64,000 bases of DNA from Candidatus Caenarcanales bacterium (GTDB taxonomy: Bacteria; Cyanobacteriota; Vampirovibrionia; Caenarcaniphilales; Caenarcanaceae): assembly GCA_041737745.1 (NCBI GenBank), contig JBGSRC010000007.1:8040-72039 (forward strand). The letters are read 5' to 3'. Shown here one piece after another: positions 56,297 through 64,000 of this stretch; the first letter of the stretch is position 1, and each line of letters starts with the position of its first letter. Both the position numbers and the translations under genes were made by a program. The notes below the pieces were generated by a model. The model worked only from the letters and a program-made list of their open reading frames with translations. It made no database searches and had not been told where the DNA came from.

Positions 56297-58057
56297 CTAG
56301 ACTGGAGCCGCTGCTTCTACGGCTTCCGTTACATTCATTTGCATCAGGACTGTCTGAACGATCGGGCTATGTTTGTGCGTGTTCATCAGCTCTAGGACTA
56401 GCGCTTCGATCTTGGCTTGCAGCTCTTCTTCGCTTAGCTTGGCTAAAGTAGGCCAGAGTTCGAGGATTTGGGCGACGATCTCGACCTGTAGTTCAGCTAA
56501 GATAGCTGTATTGATGGCCATGCCCTTGAAGAAGACATCGGGGCCGGAGATGATCTTCTCGCCTTCGGCGGTGATGATGATGCTCACAAAGCCTTGCTTG
56601 GAGAGTCTGTGTCTGATCTTGATCGTCTCTTCCTTGATGAAATCCCTACGGGCAGAGCTGTCGATCATCAAGATTCCGGCCGGTACTTCACCGACTACTT
56701 TGGCTGAGTTTGCGGTCAGTTCAAGCACATCGCCGTTTTCCATGATGAAGACGTTTTCCGATGGCATGTTGCAGACTTCTTCGCCTAGTTTGCCGTGTCT
56801 GACTAGCATTCTGTATTCGCCGTGTGCAGGCATGAAGTATTTTGGCTGAATCAAATTAAGCATGATTCGCTGCTCTTCTTGGCTACAGTGACCTGAGACG
56901 TGCACGCCTGCTTCTCGACCGTAAACCACCTGAGCGCCACGAGAGAAGAGAGCGTTCACGGTGGAAGCTACTGAACGCTCGTTGCCGGGGATCGGCGTAG
57001 CGCTGATAATCACGGTGTCGCCCGGTGAGATCGAAATTTGTTTGTGGCTACCGTTAGCGATGCGGGTGAGAGCTGAGAGCGGCTCGCCTTGGCTACCGGT
57101 GGTGAGGATTGCTACTTTGTTGGGGGGGAGCTGTGAGACTTCTTCAGCACGGACAAGCAAACCATCGGGGAATGTCGTATAGCCGAGCTGTCTGGAGACT
57201 AGAGCAATGTTAAGCATCGAACGGCCGAGAATGGCGACCTTGCGGCCATATTTGTTGGCTATTTCGAGGATTTGTTTGATCCGGTGTACCTGCGAAGCAA
57301 AGGTGGTGATGATGATTCGTTTGCTTGCTCTCATGAAGCATTCTTCTAGTTGCGGATAGACGAATTTTTCCGATGGTGTATAACCGGCCCGCTCGGCATT
57401 GGTGGAGTCGGAAATCATCAATAAGACGCCTTCACTAGCCACTTCGGCGAGCGGAGCAATGTCAAAGAGCTCACCGTCAACGGGAGTATGGTCAAACTTG
57501 AAATCGCCGGTGTGGACGATCACGCCAGCTGGCGTCTGAATGATTACGCAGAAAGAATCGGGGATCGAGTGATTGTTGCGGGTGAGCGTAACGATAAATG
57601 GTCCTAGGTGTAACGTTTCACGTGCCTTGAAGCGCTTCATGTTGGTGCTGGCAAGCAGGCCAGCTTCTTTCAGTTTCACTTCGAGCAAGCCGACAGCGAG
57701 CGGGGGAGCGAAGATGATTGGGATATGGGCTTTGTTCAGCAGATTACTGACGCCGCCGATATGATCTTCGTGGCCGTGGGTGATCACAAGCGCCACTATT
57801 TTGTGTTGGTTTTCGGTCAAATAAGTCAGATCGGGCAAGACCAAATCGACTCCGTGCATGTCTTCGGACGGGAAAGCCAGACCAGCGTCGACGATCAGAA
57901 TTTGGTCATCACACTCGAAGGCCCAAGTATTCTTGCCTATTTCGCAGAGGCCTCCCAGTGCTATTACTTTCACTTTCTTATTGGGATCGATAGTCAGTCT
58001 ATCGGGGATGATACGTTCTGATTGGGCTGTGCTTTTCTTTGTTATTTGTCTGTTCAC
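56297..58057 (-). CDS. rnj: Ribonuclease J
   Basis: LGGLCEIGKN, THGHEDHIG, HTGDFK, GSQGEP, HVSGH. Confidence 0.96.
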   Translation of the reverse strand: MNRQITKKSTAQSERIIPDRLTIDPNKKVKVIALGGLCEIGKNTWAFECDDQILIVDAGLAFPSEDMHGVDLVLPDLTYLTENQHKIVALVITHGHEDHIGGVSNLLNKAHIPIIFAPPLAVGLLEVKLKEAGLLASTNMKRFKARETLHLGPFIVTLTRNNHSIPDSFCVIIQTPAGVIVHTGDFKFDHTPVDGELFDIAPLAEVASEGVLLMISDSTNAERAGYTPSEKFVYPQLEECFMRASKRIIITTFASQVHRIKQILEIANKYGRKVAILGRSMLNIALVSRQLGYTTFPDGLLVRAEEVSQLPPNKVAILTTGSQGEPLSALTRIANGSHKQISISPGDTVIISATPIPGNERSVASTVNALFSRGAQVVYGREAGVHVSGHCSQEEQRIMLNLIQPKYFMPAHGEYRMLVRHGKLGEEVCNMPSENVFIMENGDVLELTANSAKVVGEVPAGILMIDSSARRDFIKEETIKIRHRLSKQGFVSIIITAEGEKIISGPDVFFKGMAINTAILAELQVEIVAQILELWPTLAKLSEEELQAKIEALVLELMNTHKHSPIVQTVLMQMNVTEAVEAAAPV

Positions 58058-58104
58058 AGGATTTTTATATATTTTATGGAAAAAATTGAGCGGTAAAGTG
58101 AAAA

Positions 58105-59016
58105 CTAAACCCCCAATGCTTTGGCTCTGCTCTCCAGCAAATCTTCCAAGCGTGCTTGCACACTAAGATCTGGAGGGGTGAGCGGTAATCTCAAATGGGG
58201 CTTGCAGACACCGAGCTGGGCTAAACAATGTTTGACAGGCCCAGGGCTAGGTGAAGCGAAAAGAGCTTTGAAAAGCCCAAAAAGATCTGAATTTATGATA
58301 GCAGCTTTTTCTCTCTCTCCGGCCAAAGCACAGCGAATCAACTCTTTGATCTCTTGTCCGACAAGATGACTCCCGACACTGACCACTCCAGCAGCTCCGA
58401 CGCTCAGGGCGGGCAAAAGTAGACCATCATCACCGGAATAAACGGCTAATTGGGGGCAAGATTTGCCAAGTAATACATAGGCGTCTAGGCTACTAGTCGA
58501 TTCTTTGAGGGCGATGATGTTTTCGTGTTCTTTGTGGAGCGCTTCGGTGGTTTCGGGCTCTAGGGTGCAGGCTGTGCGGCCTGGATTGTTATAGAGCATG
58601 ATTGGGAGCTTTGTTGCCTTTGCTATAGCCGAAAAATGCGCTTTCAGTCCTTCTTGGTTCGGTTTGTTATAGTACGGGGTCATCAGCATCAGGCCATCGG
58701 CACCAAGTTCTTGAGCTTTGCAGGAGGCTTCTATGCTGGTTTTGGAGCAATTTGAGCCTGTCCCCAGTAAAATTTTCGCTTTGCCGTTCAGCTTTTGTTT
58801 GGCTCTGGTGAGCAAATCCCATTCTTCTTGGTGGGTGAGCGTTGGTCTTTCGCCTGTTGTACCAGCGAGGATGATCGATTCTGAGCCGTTGGTTACTAGG
58901 TGATCGAGGAGTTTCTCGAAGCTAGGCCAGTCTATCTCTCCGTTCTCGTCGAAGGGGGTGATAGAGGCTGTGATTAGTTGGCCGAAGGGGGGTGACTTTA
59001 TCATGATTTCCTTCAT
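58105..59016 (-). CDS. dapA: 4-hydroxy-tetrahydrodipicolinate synthase
   Basis: GTTGE, PYYNKP, LYNNPGRT, LKES, YSGDD; real start may be 59004. Confidence 0.95.
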   Translation of the reverse strand: MKEIMIKSPPFGQLITASITPFDENGEIDWPSFEKLLDHLVTNGSESIILAGTTGERPTLTHQEEWDLLTRAKQKLNGKAKILLGTGSNCSKTSIEASCKAQELGADGLMLMTPYYNKPNQEGLKAHFSAIAKATKLPIMLYNNPGRTACTLEPETTEALHKEHENIIALKESTSSLDAYVLLGKSCPQLAVYSGDDGLLLPALSVGAAGVVSVGSHLVGQEIKELIRCALAGEREKAAIINSDLFGLFKALFASPSPGPVKHCLAQLGVCKPHLRLPLTPPDLSVQARLEDLLESRAKALGV

Positions 59017-59048
59017 TTTACCCCAACAAGGCTGAGCCTTGAGAAGCC

Positions 59049-60455
59049 TTAAGCTTCAGAAAGCGAATACTCAGGCTCTTCTTCTTCTACCTCATCGAAA
59101 TCAGCCTCAAAGAAAACATCGGTCTCAAACTTCGGCTTGGCTGGAGTCGCAGGCTTAGTCTTGCTATCGATCAAACCTAAAAGAGAATTCAGCGATGAAC
59201 CAGGAAAAGAACTGGGCACACCAGGGGGGCAAGTGACTTCAATAGTCGGTGAAGCAGAATTGAAAAAAGCCTCACGCGGGTTGCTGGCAACGACTGGTAG
59301 CAAGGGAGCCTCAATAGAAGCTTGATTTTCCAGAATATAACGCCGTCTGCCCATCAGAAGCTTGCTAGCAGCCAGCAGGGCTTTCTGAATGTCTCGAATT
59401 TGCCAGCGCATCAAACGTAGCGGACATAGAAAAAGAACAGCTTGTTCATTGGCGAGCTCTACTTCCAGATCATGCTCTTCCAAAAGCCAAGTAGCTAGCT
59501 CTTCGCCGGACCAGCCCGCTAGCTTGAGCATGAGGCGCACTGGATCGTCATTGGGGCAGACTTCAAGGCCTTTGATCCCAGTCAAGCTCTTGCGCAAAAG
59601 CAAAGCAGAAGCAAGCTGCTCACGTAGAGGCTGCAAAGACAGGCAGAGATTTTCGATACATGAGACCAAGCTAGCCGCCAAAAGATAAGAAGGACTGGTG
59701 CCTTGCAAGAGCTGAAGAGCCCCTTCCAGCTTTCCTAGCGTGACCAAGTCAGACTGATGATGAATGATTCCCGTTCCGGTGAGCGAGCCGAGTGACTTGT
59801 GCGCCGAATGAATGACCAAGTCCGCACCCAGACTGAGTCCACCAGCAGCGCTCTTGAGTAAAGCGAGGTGAGCTCCGTGGGATTCATCGACGATCACCGG
59901 CAATTCCATCTCATGACAAAGCTCAATCAAACTAGCTAGCCCCTTTGGAACTACCCCTTCATAAGTAGGAGAGGTGATCAGACAGCCCTTTATGTCGTCA
60001 GAAGCGAAGAGTTTCGATTTGAGATCGGCTAGATCGACATCGCGAAAAACGCCCCACTGGCTGTCCCAAGTGAGCTTGTAAAAGATTGGGGTTGCGCCGC
60101 TCAGAATCAGCGAAGCGATCACGCTCTTGTGGGCATTTTGGGGGATTAAGACTGCTCCTCCTTCTCCTAGTGAAAGCATCGCCGCTTGCAAGGCCATCGA
60201 GGCTCCACCGGTGGAGAAGAGGGAGTGCTTTGTCTCAAAGAGTTGAGCGCATTTTTCTTGGGCTTTCAATATGTAGCTTTGGGGCTTGCTGGGGTCATCT
60301 AGGCCTTCCAGTTCGCTTAGGTCGTATTTGAAGAGAGCGTCATAGCCACGGGGCAGGTATTGGTTGTGGCCGCCATGGATGGGAGTGTGTGTTCGTATTT
60401 TGAATTTATTTAGACGTACTCTTTGAGCTCTGACTAGTGCTTGTTCGCTTATCAT
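59049..60455 (-). CDS. PLP-dependent Orn/Lys/Arg decarboxylase family protein
   Basis: NAHKS, TSPTYEG, VDESHG, SAHKSL, TSPSY, PPGVP. Confidence 0.85.
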   Translation of the reverse strand: MISEQALVRAQRVRLNKFKIRTHTPIHGGHNQYLPRGYDALFKYDLSELEGLDDPSKPQSYILKAQEKCAQLFETKHSLFSTGGASMALQAAMLSLGEGGAVLIPQNAHKSVIASLILSGATPIFYKLTWDSQWGVFRDVDLADLKSKLFASDDIKGCLITSPTYEGVVPKGLASLIELCHEMELPVIVDESHGAHLALLKSAAGGLSLGADLVIHSAHKSLGSLTGTGIIHHQSDLVTLGKLEGALQLLQGTSPSYLLAASLVSCIENLCLSLQPLREQLASALLLRKSLTGIKGLEVCPNDDPVRLMLKLAGWSGEELATWLLEEHDLEVELANEQAVLFLCPLRLMRWQIRDIQKALLAASKLLMGRRRYILENQASIEAPLLPVVASNPREAFFNSASPTIEVTCPPGVPSSFPGSSLNSLLGLIDSKTKPATPAKPKFETDVFFEADFDEVEEEEPEYSLSEA

Positions 60456-60560
60456 GAGGGTCTTAATATTTGGACTGTAACTTATATCGCATTTCAGCTT
60501 TGCGGTGTGATATTCGGGTTGGGATCTTTGTCTCAAACTCTCCCCTAGAGAATGTGTTTT

Positions 60561-60632
60561 TCTGAGGTTCTTTAGGGGTTGTTAAGGGGCGCCAGCCCCT
60601 TAAATTAATTAACTTCCCCAACCTCCAGTGAG
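60561..60632 (-). repeat. ~75-bp intergenic repeat element, copy B
   Basis: Reverse complement CTCACTGGAGGTTGGGGAAGTT..AAGGGGCTGGCGCCCCTTAACAACCCCTAAA. Confidence 0.55.
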
Positions 60633-60671
60633 TTCAAAAAATCTCTTCTTTTACTTGAGATCCCAATGTTT

Positions 60672-61136
60672 CTAAACCCATGGCGTCTTTATATAACTAA
60701 CCCCAATCTCAGGAAAACCAAGCCTCCAGTCAGCAATCAGAGTTTCTTTGATATTCGGATAAAAACTCAGTCTGTCGGGGTCACTTAGCTCGTGAAAAGC
60801 CAGCTCCTCAATGATCCCGTCAGTCTCGCAAAGACTAGCCTCACCCCCCAGTCTCTTCAATAACGCAAAAAAATTGATGATATGCCTGCGGCCACTGGGA
60901 TCTATACTCTCAGAGAAATACAAAAATCGCTCGCAACTAGTCTCTAAACCAGTCTCTTCACGCATCTCCCGCTCAATGCAGGCCGGCAAAGTCTCTCCAA
61001 ATTCAAGATGACCACCTGGCAACACCCAGTAACTGCGGCCAGCTTTATGATGCTTTAGTAGCAAGAGCTTCCCCTCCTCGATCAAGATTCCAGAGACTCT
61101 AATCGTAGTGATCGGGGAGTTTGTAAGCTGATTCAT
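60672..61136 (-). CDS. NUDIX hydrolase
   Basis: Nudix box GGHLEFGETLPACIEREMREETGL. Confidence 0.92.
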   Translation of the reverse strand: MNQLTNSPITTIRVSGILIEEGKLLLLKHHKAGRSYWVLPGGHLEFGETLPACIEREMREETGLETSCERFLYFSESIDPSGRRHIINFFALLKRLGGEASLCETDGIIEELAFHELSDPDRLSFYPNIKETLIADWRLGFPEIGVSYIKTPWV

Positions 61137-61164
61137 GGCCTTTTGCTAAACTTAGAACAAAATT

Positions 61165-62076
61165 ATGACGCAAACTGCCTACTTCCAAAACGAATTCGTC
61201 CCAATCGAAGCGGCGAAAATCAGTATCATGACCCACGCCTTCCTCTATGGAACAGGTGTTTTTGAGGGAATTAGGGCTTATTGGTGTCCAGAAGACAAAT
61301 GTTCTTATGTATTTCGTGGCCTAGAGCACTTTGAACGCCTCAAAGCTAGCGCCAAAATGCTCAGGATCGAAATCCCTCAGTCTCCGGAAGAGCTCTTGAA
61401 GATCACGATAGAGCTTTTGCGCCGCAATGATCTTAAAGAAGATGTCTATATTCGGCCTATAGCTTACAAAGCAGGCGAGCGCATAGGGCCAGCTCTTCTC
61501 GATAACAAAGACGATTTTTGTATGTTTTGTGTGCCACTCGGCGACTATATAGACACAAACAAAGGCGTCTCGGTGATGGTCTCTTCATGGAGACGGGTCG
61601 ACGACAATGCGATCCCCGCCCGGGCGAAAGTGAATGGCAGCTACGTGAACAGCGCGCTCGCCAAGACAGAAGCACTTTTAAATAATTTTGCTGATGCAAT
61701 CGTCTTAGACCATAACGGCCACGTCGCCGAAGGAAGCGCCATGAATCTCTTCATGGTCAGAAAGGGCAAACTGATTACCTCTACTGTCACCGACAATATT
61801 TTGGAAGGGATCACCCGCGATAGCATCATCACCCTCGCCACCCAAGAACTAGGCTTGACAGTCCAAGAAAGACAAATTGACCGGACAGAACTCTATATAG
61901 CCGACGAGCTTTTCTTTTGTGGCACAGGCGCTCAGGTTAGCCCGGTGATCTCAGTCGATAACTATGCAATCGGCGACGGTAAGGTTGGTGCTATCTCGAT
62001 CCAGTTGCGCGATATGTACTTCCAAGCTGTCCGAAATAATCTGCCGAAATACTCTGCTTGGTGTCAGAAAGTCTAG
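61165..62076 (+). CDS. ilvE: Branched-chain amino acid aminotransferase
   Basis: YGTGVFEGIRAY, YIRP, AKVNGSY, EGSAMN, LEGITR. Confidence 0.95.
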   Translation: MTQTAYFQNEFVPIEAAKISIMTHAFLYGTGVFEGIRAYWCPEDKCSYVFRGLEHFERLKASAKMLRIEIPQSPEELLKITIELLRRNDLKEDVYIRPIAYKAGERIGPALLDNKDDFCMFCVPLGDYIDTNKGVSVMVSSWRRVDDNAIPARAKVNGSYVNSALAKTEALLNNFADAIVLDHNGHVAEGSAMNLFMVRKGKLITSTVTDNILEGITRDSIITLATQELGLTVQERQIDRTELYIADELFFCGTGAQVSPVISVDNYAIGDGKVGAISIQLRDMYFQAVRNNLPKYSAWCQKV

Positions 62077-62790
62077 ATGTCAAAAGCTGACTTTGTTCAT
62101 GCTCTCTTTGAGGGGATTGCTGTCTCTTACGATCTGCTAAACGATCTGATGACTGGCGGTATGCATCGTCTCTGGAAGAGTCAGGTACTTGATCTCTTAC
62201 AACTCAAATCCGGCTTTGAGGGAAGAATTCTTGATTTGTGTTGCGGTACTGGCGATTTAGCCCTACAGGCCAGCAAGCGTTTTCCGCTGGCGCTGGTTAG
62301 CGGTCTCGATTTTTCTGAAAATATGCTGGAACTAGCTCGCCTGAAAAACAAAACTGAAAGACTGGAGTTCATTCAAGGTGATGCTATGGCTTTGCCCTTT
62401 GAGGGCGAAAGTTTTGCTGGAGTGACGCTTGGCTTTGGGCTGCGCAATGTAGCTGATGCTGGGGGGTGCTTGAGAGAAGTGTTGCGGGTGCTGGAGCCCA
62501 AGGGCGTTTTGGTGATTTTGGAACTGGTGAAGAGTGAGCCTGCTCAGGGCTTCGATCTGCTTCGCAGCTGTTTTGATTTTTACCGGCTTTCTGTGTTGCC
62601 TTGGTTAGGGGGGCTGGTAGCTGGTAGTGAGAGCGCTTATGCCTATTTGCCAAACTCCGCTGAGCGCTTCTTGAGCGTGGAAGAGCTGGCTGAGCAACTT
62701 AGGGTCTGTGGTTTTGTGCAGGTTCAAAGCAAAGCATGGTTCTTCGGTTCTGTTGCTCTAGTTTCTGGTGAACGTGGTCATGCTGTATAA
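62077..62790 (+). CDS. ubiE: UbiE/MenG quinone methyltransferase
   Basis: YDLLND.M..G.HRLWK, LDLCCGTGD, FGLRNV, YAYLPNS. Confidence 0.9.
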   Translation: MSKADFVHALFEGIAVSYDLLNDLMTGGMHRLWKSQVLDLLQLKSGFEGRILDLCCGTGDLALQASKRFPLALVSGLDFSENMLELARLKNKTERLEFIQGDAMALPFEGESFAGVTLGFGLRNVADAGGCLREVLRVLEPKGVLVILELVKSEPAQGFDLLRSCFDFYRLSVLPWLGGLVAGSESAYAYLPNSAERFLSVEELAEQLRVCGFVQVQSKAWFFGSVALVSGERGHAV

Positions 62791-62822
62791 TGTGATATTT
62801 ACGGAAATAGCTCACTATCACT

Positions 62823-63161
62823 ATGACAAAGTTAGAAAAGAAATATCGCGTCCTCTACCTGCTTCCGCTCGATAATGACGAGAAGATAGTCGATGAGTTC
62901 ATCCAAAAATTTGAAACGGAAATCACAACGCTCGGAGGCAAAGTAGAAAACAGCCTCAAGTTTCGCCAGCAAATGGTGAAGACCTCGATGAACAAAGGCT
63001 CACGAAATGTCTATTTGGTAACCACTTTCTTTTATTGCTTGCCCGAAAAACTTGAAGGCATTCGTCGTTATTTGAACTTGACCCAAAGCTTGTTGGTCAA
63101 CTATTCAATCTTCAAATGTGAGAAAGAGCCGAAAATTCCTGAAGCTACCTTGATCCTATGA
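62823..63161 (+). CDS. rpsF: 30S ribosomal protein S6 (divergent)
   Basis: KYRVLYLL..GGKVE fold pattern; directly upstream of ssb. Confidence 0.75.
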   Translation: MTKLEKKYRVLYLLPLDNDEKIVDEFIQKFETEITTLGGKVENSLKFRQQMVKTSMNKGSRNVYLVTTFFYCLPEKLEGIRRYLNLTQSLLVNYSIFKCEKEPKIPEATLIL

Positions 63162-63595
63162 CCCTCTGTAGAGCGAGTTTGGTTGGAGAGATTCTCTCTG
63201 AGCCGGAAAACAGACACACACAAGCCGGAAAAGCGGTAACGCGCGTTGAAGTTTCTACTGGTCAAGCGGCTAAGATCCGCTTGGTCTTTTGGGGTGAGTT
63301 AGCGGCTAAGGCCAGTGAGCTCAGCACCGGAAATTTCATTTTGGTTTCGGGAAATCTGGCCACCAATTCCTACAAGACGGCCGAAGGCCAGCCGCGCAAA
63401 GAATACGAGCTCGTTGTTCGTGAGCTCTTTGCCCTCCCCGGTGGAGTTAGTGACCTGAATCCTGTCAGCAGCTACATGCAGCAAAAAGACAAGGCGCCGG
63501 TCAGTTCTCCGGTGAGCAAAGCCAAGCCCAGCAATAGTTCTTCGGCCATTGAAGATATGTCAGAGATTTTCAATGAAGAAGAGGTCCCTTTCTAG
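63158..63595 (+). CDS. ssb: Single-stranded DNA-binding protein
   Basis: OB-fold pattern (PE.R.T..GK.V, FWGELA) and acidic C-terminal EEVPF. Confidence 0.9.
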   Translation: MTLCRASLVGEILSEPENRHTQAGKAVTRVEVSTGQAAKIRLVFWGELAAKASELSTGNFILVSGNLATNSYKTAEGQPRKEYELVVRELFALPGGVSDLNPVSSYMQQKDKAPVSSPVSKAKPSNSSSAIEDMSEIFNEEEVPF

Positions 63596-63600
63596 CAAAA

Positions 63601-64000
63601 ATGCTCAATTTCTTTGAGGGAAAAGAGGGGCTAGCAGTCATTTTGGCGGCAATCAGCGCTAACTTTCTCACCCAATGCTTGAAGATGATCTTCAATGTCT
63701 TTACTGCTAAAAACTTTGAGTTTCGCTTGCTCACTAAGACTGGCGGCATGCCTTCTAGTCATAGTGCCATGGTCACTTGCACCAGTACTTACATTGGGCT
63801 TTTGGGGGGGTGGAATTCCGTTACTTTTGCTTTGTCGGTGATTGTTGCTTTGATCATCATGCATGACGCCGCTAGTGTAAGACGTTCTGTTGGTCAGCAG
63901 GCTCGGATCTTAAACCAGCTAGCTGGTGAGCTTTTTACTCTAAATAACGAGGCGAAGATCGAGAAGATCAAGGAGCTTTTGGGGCATACGCCGATTGAGG
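63601..64000 (+). CDS. Divergent PAP2 (DUF212) family protein, 3'-truncated
   Basis: Manual translation from ATG 63601: ..TGGMPSSHSA..HDAASVRRSVGQQARILN..LLGHTPIE; runs off the window. Confidence 0.88.
   Translation, partial: MLNFFEGKEGLAVILAAISANFLTQCLKMIFNVFTAKNFEFRLLTKTGGMPSSHSAMVTCTSTYIGLLGGWNSVTFALSVIVALIIMHDAASVRRSVGQQARILNQLAGELFTLNNEAKIEKIKELLGHTPIE

Overview
Gene-dense bacterial chromosomal window, mostly housekeeping genes (uvrC, purL, proS, argC, glgP, ubiX, hemL, panC, holA, rne/rng, pth, folD, waaA, thiL, gshB, rnj, dapA, ilvE, menG/ubiE, rpsF, ssb) and four tRNAs (Gln-TTG, Val-CAC, Arg-CCG, Asp-GTC; none encodes CCA). Gene content suggests a non-photosynthetic Cyanobacteriota-like organism (Vampirovibrionia/Melainabacteria), which is an inference. 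No CRISPR array, rRNA, prophage or intact transposase was seen. Unusual items: (1) a tandem array of three orphan genes after tRNA-Asp, each with a duplicated promoter cassette and a shared, unrecognised ~85-aa domain; (2) three apparent pseudo-enzymes (a Xer-like recombinase lacking His/Tyr, downstream of a Pho-box-like promoter; a REC-PP2C-HATPase fusion lacking catalytic residues; an SprT-like protein lacking HExxH); (3) a low-GC HEPN-motif gene plus a Doc toxin-antitoxin pair beside tRNA-Gln, and a second unnamed TA-like pair; (4) orphan proteins with similar N-terminal leaders; (5) GC-rich intergenic REP/MITE-like repeats, with a local G+T to C+A strand-skew flip at many boundaries. All calls come from reading the sequence by eye; no searches were run.
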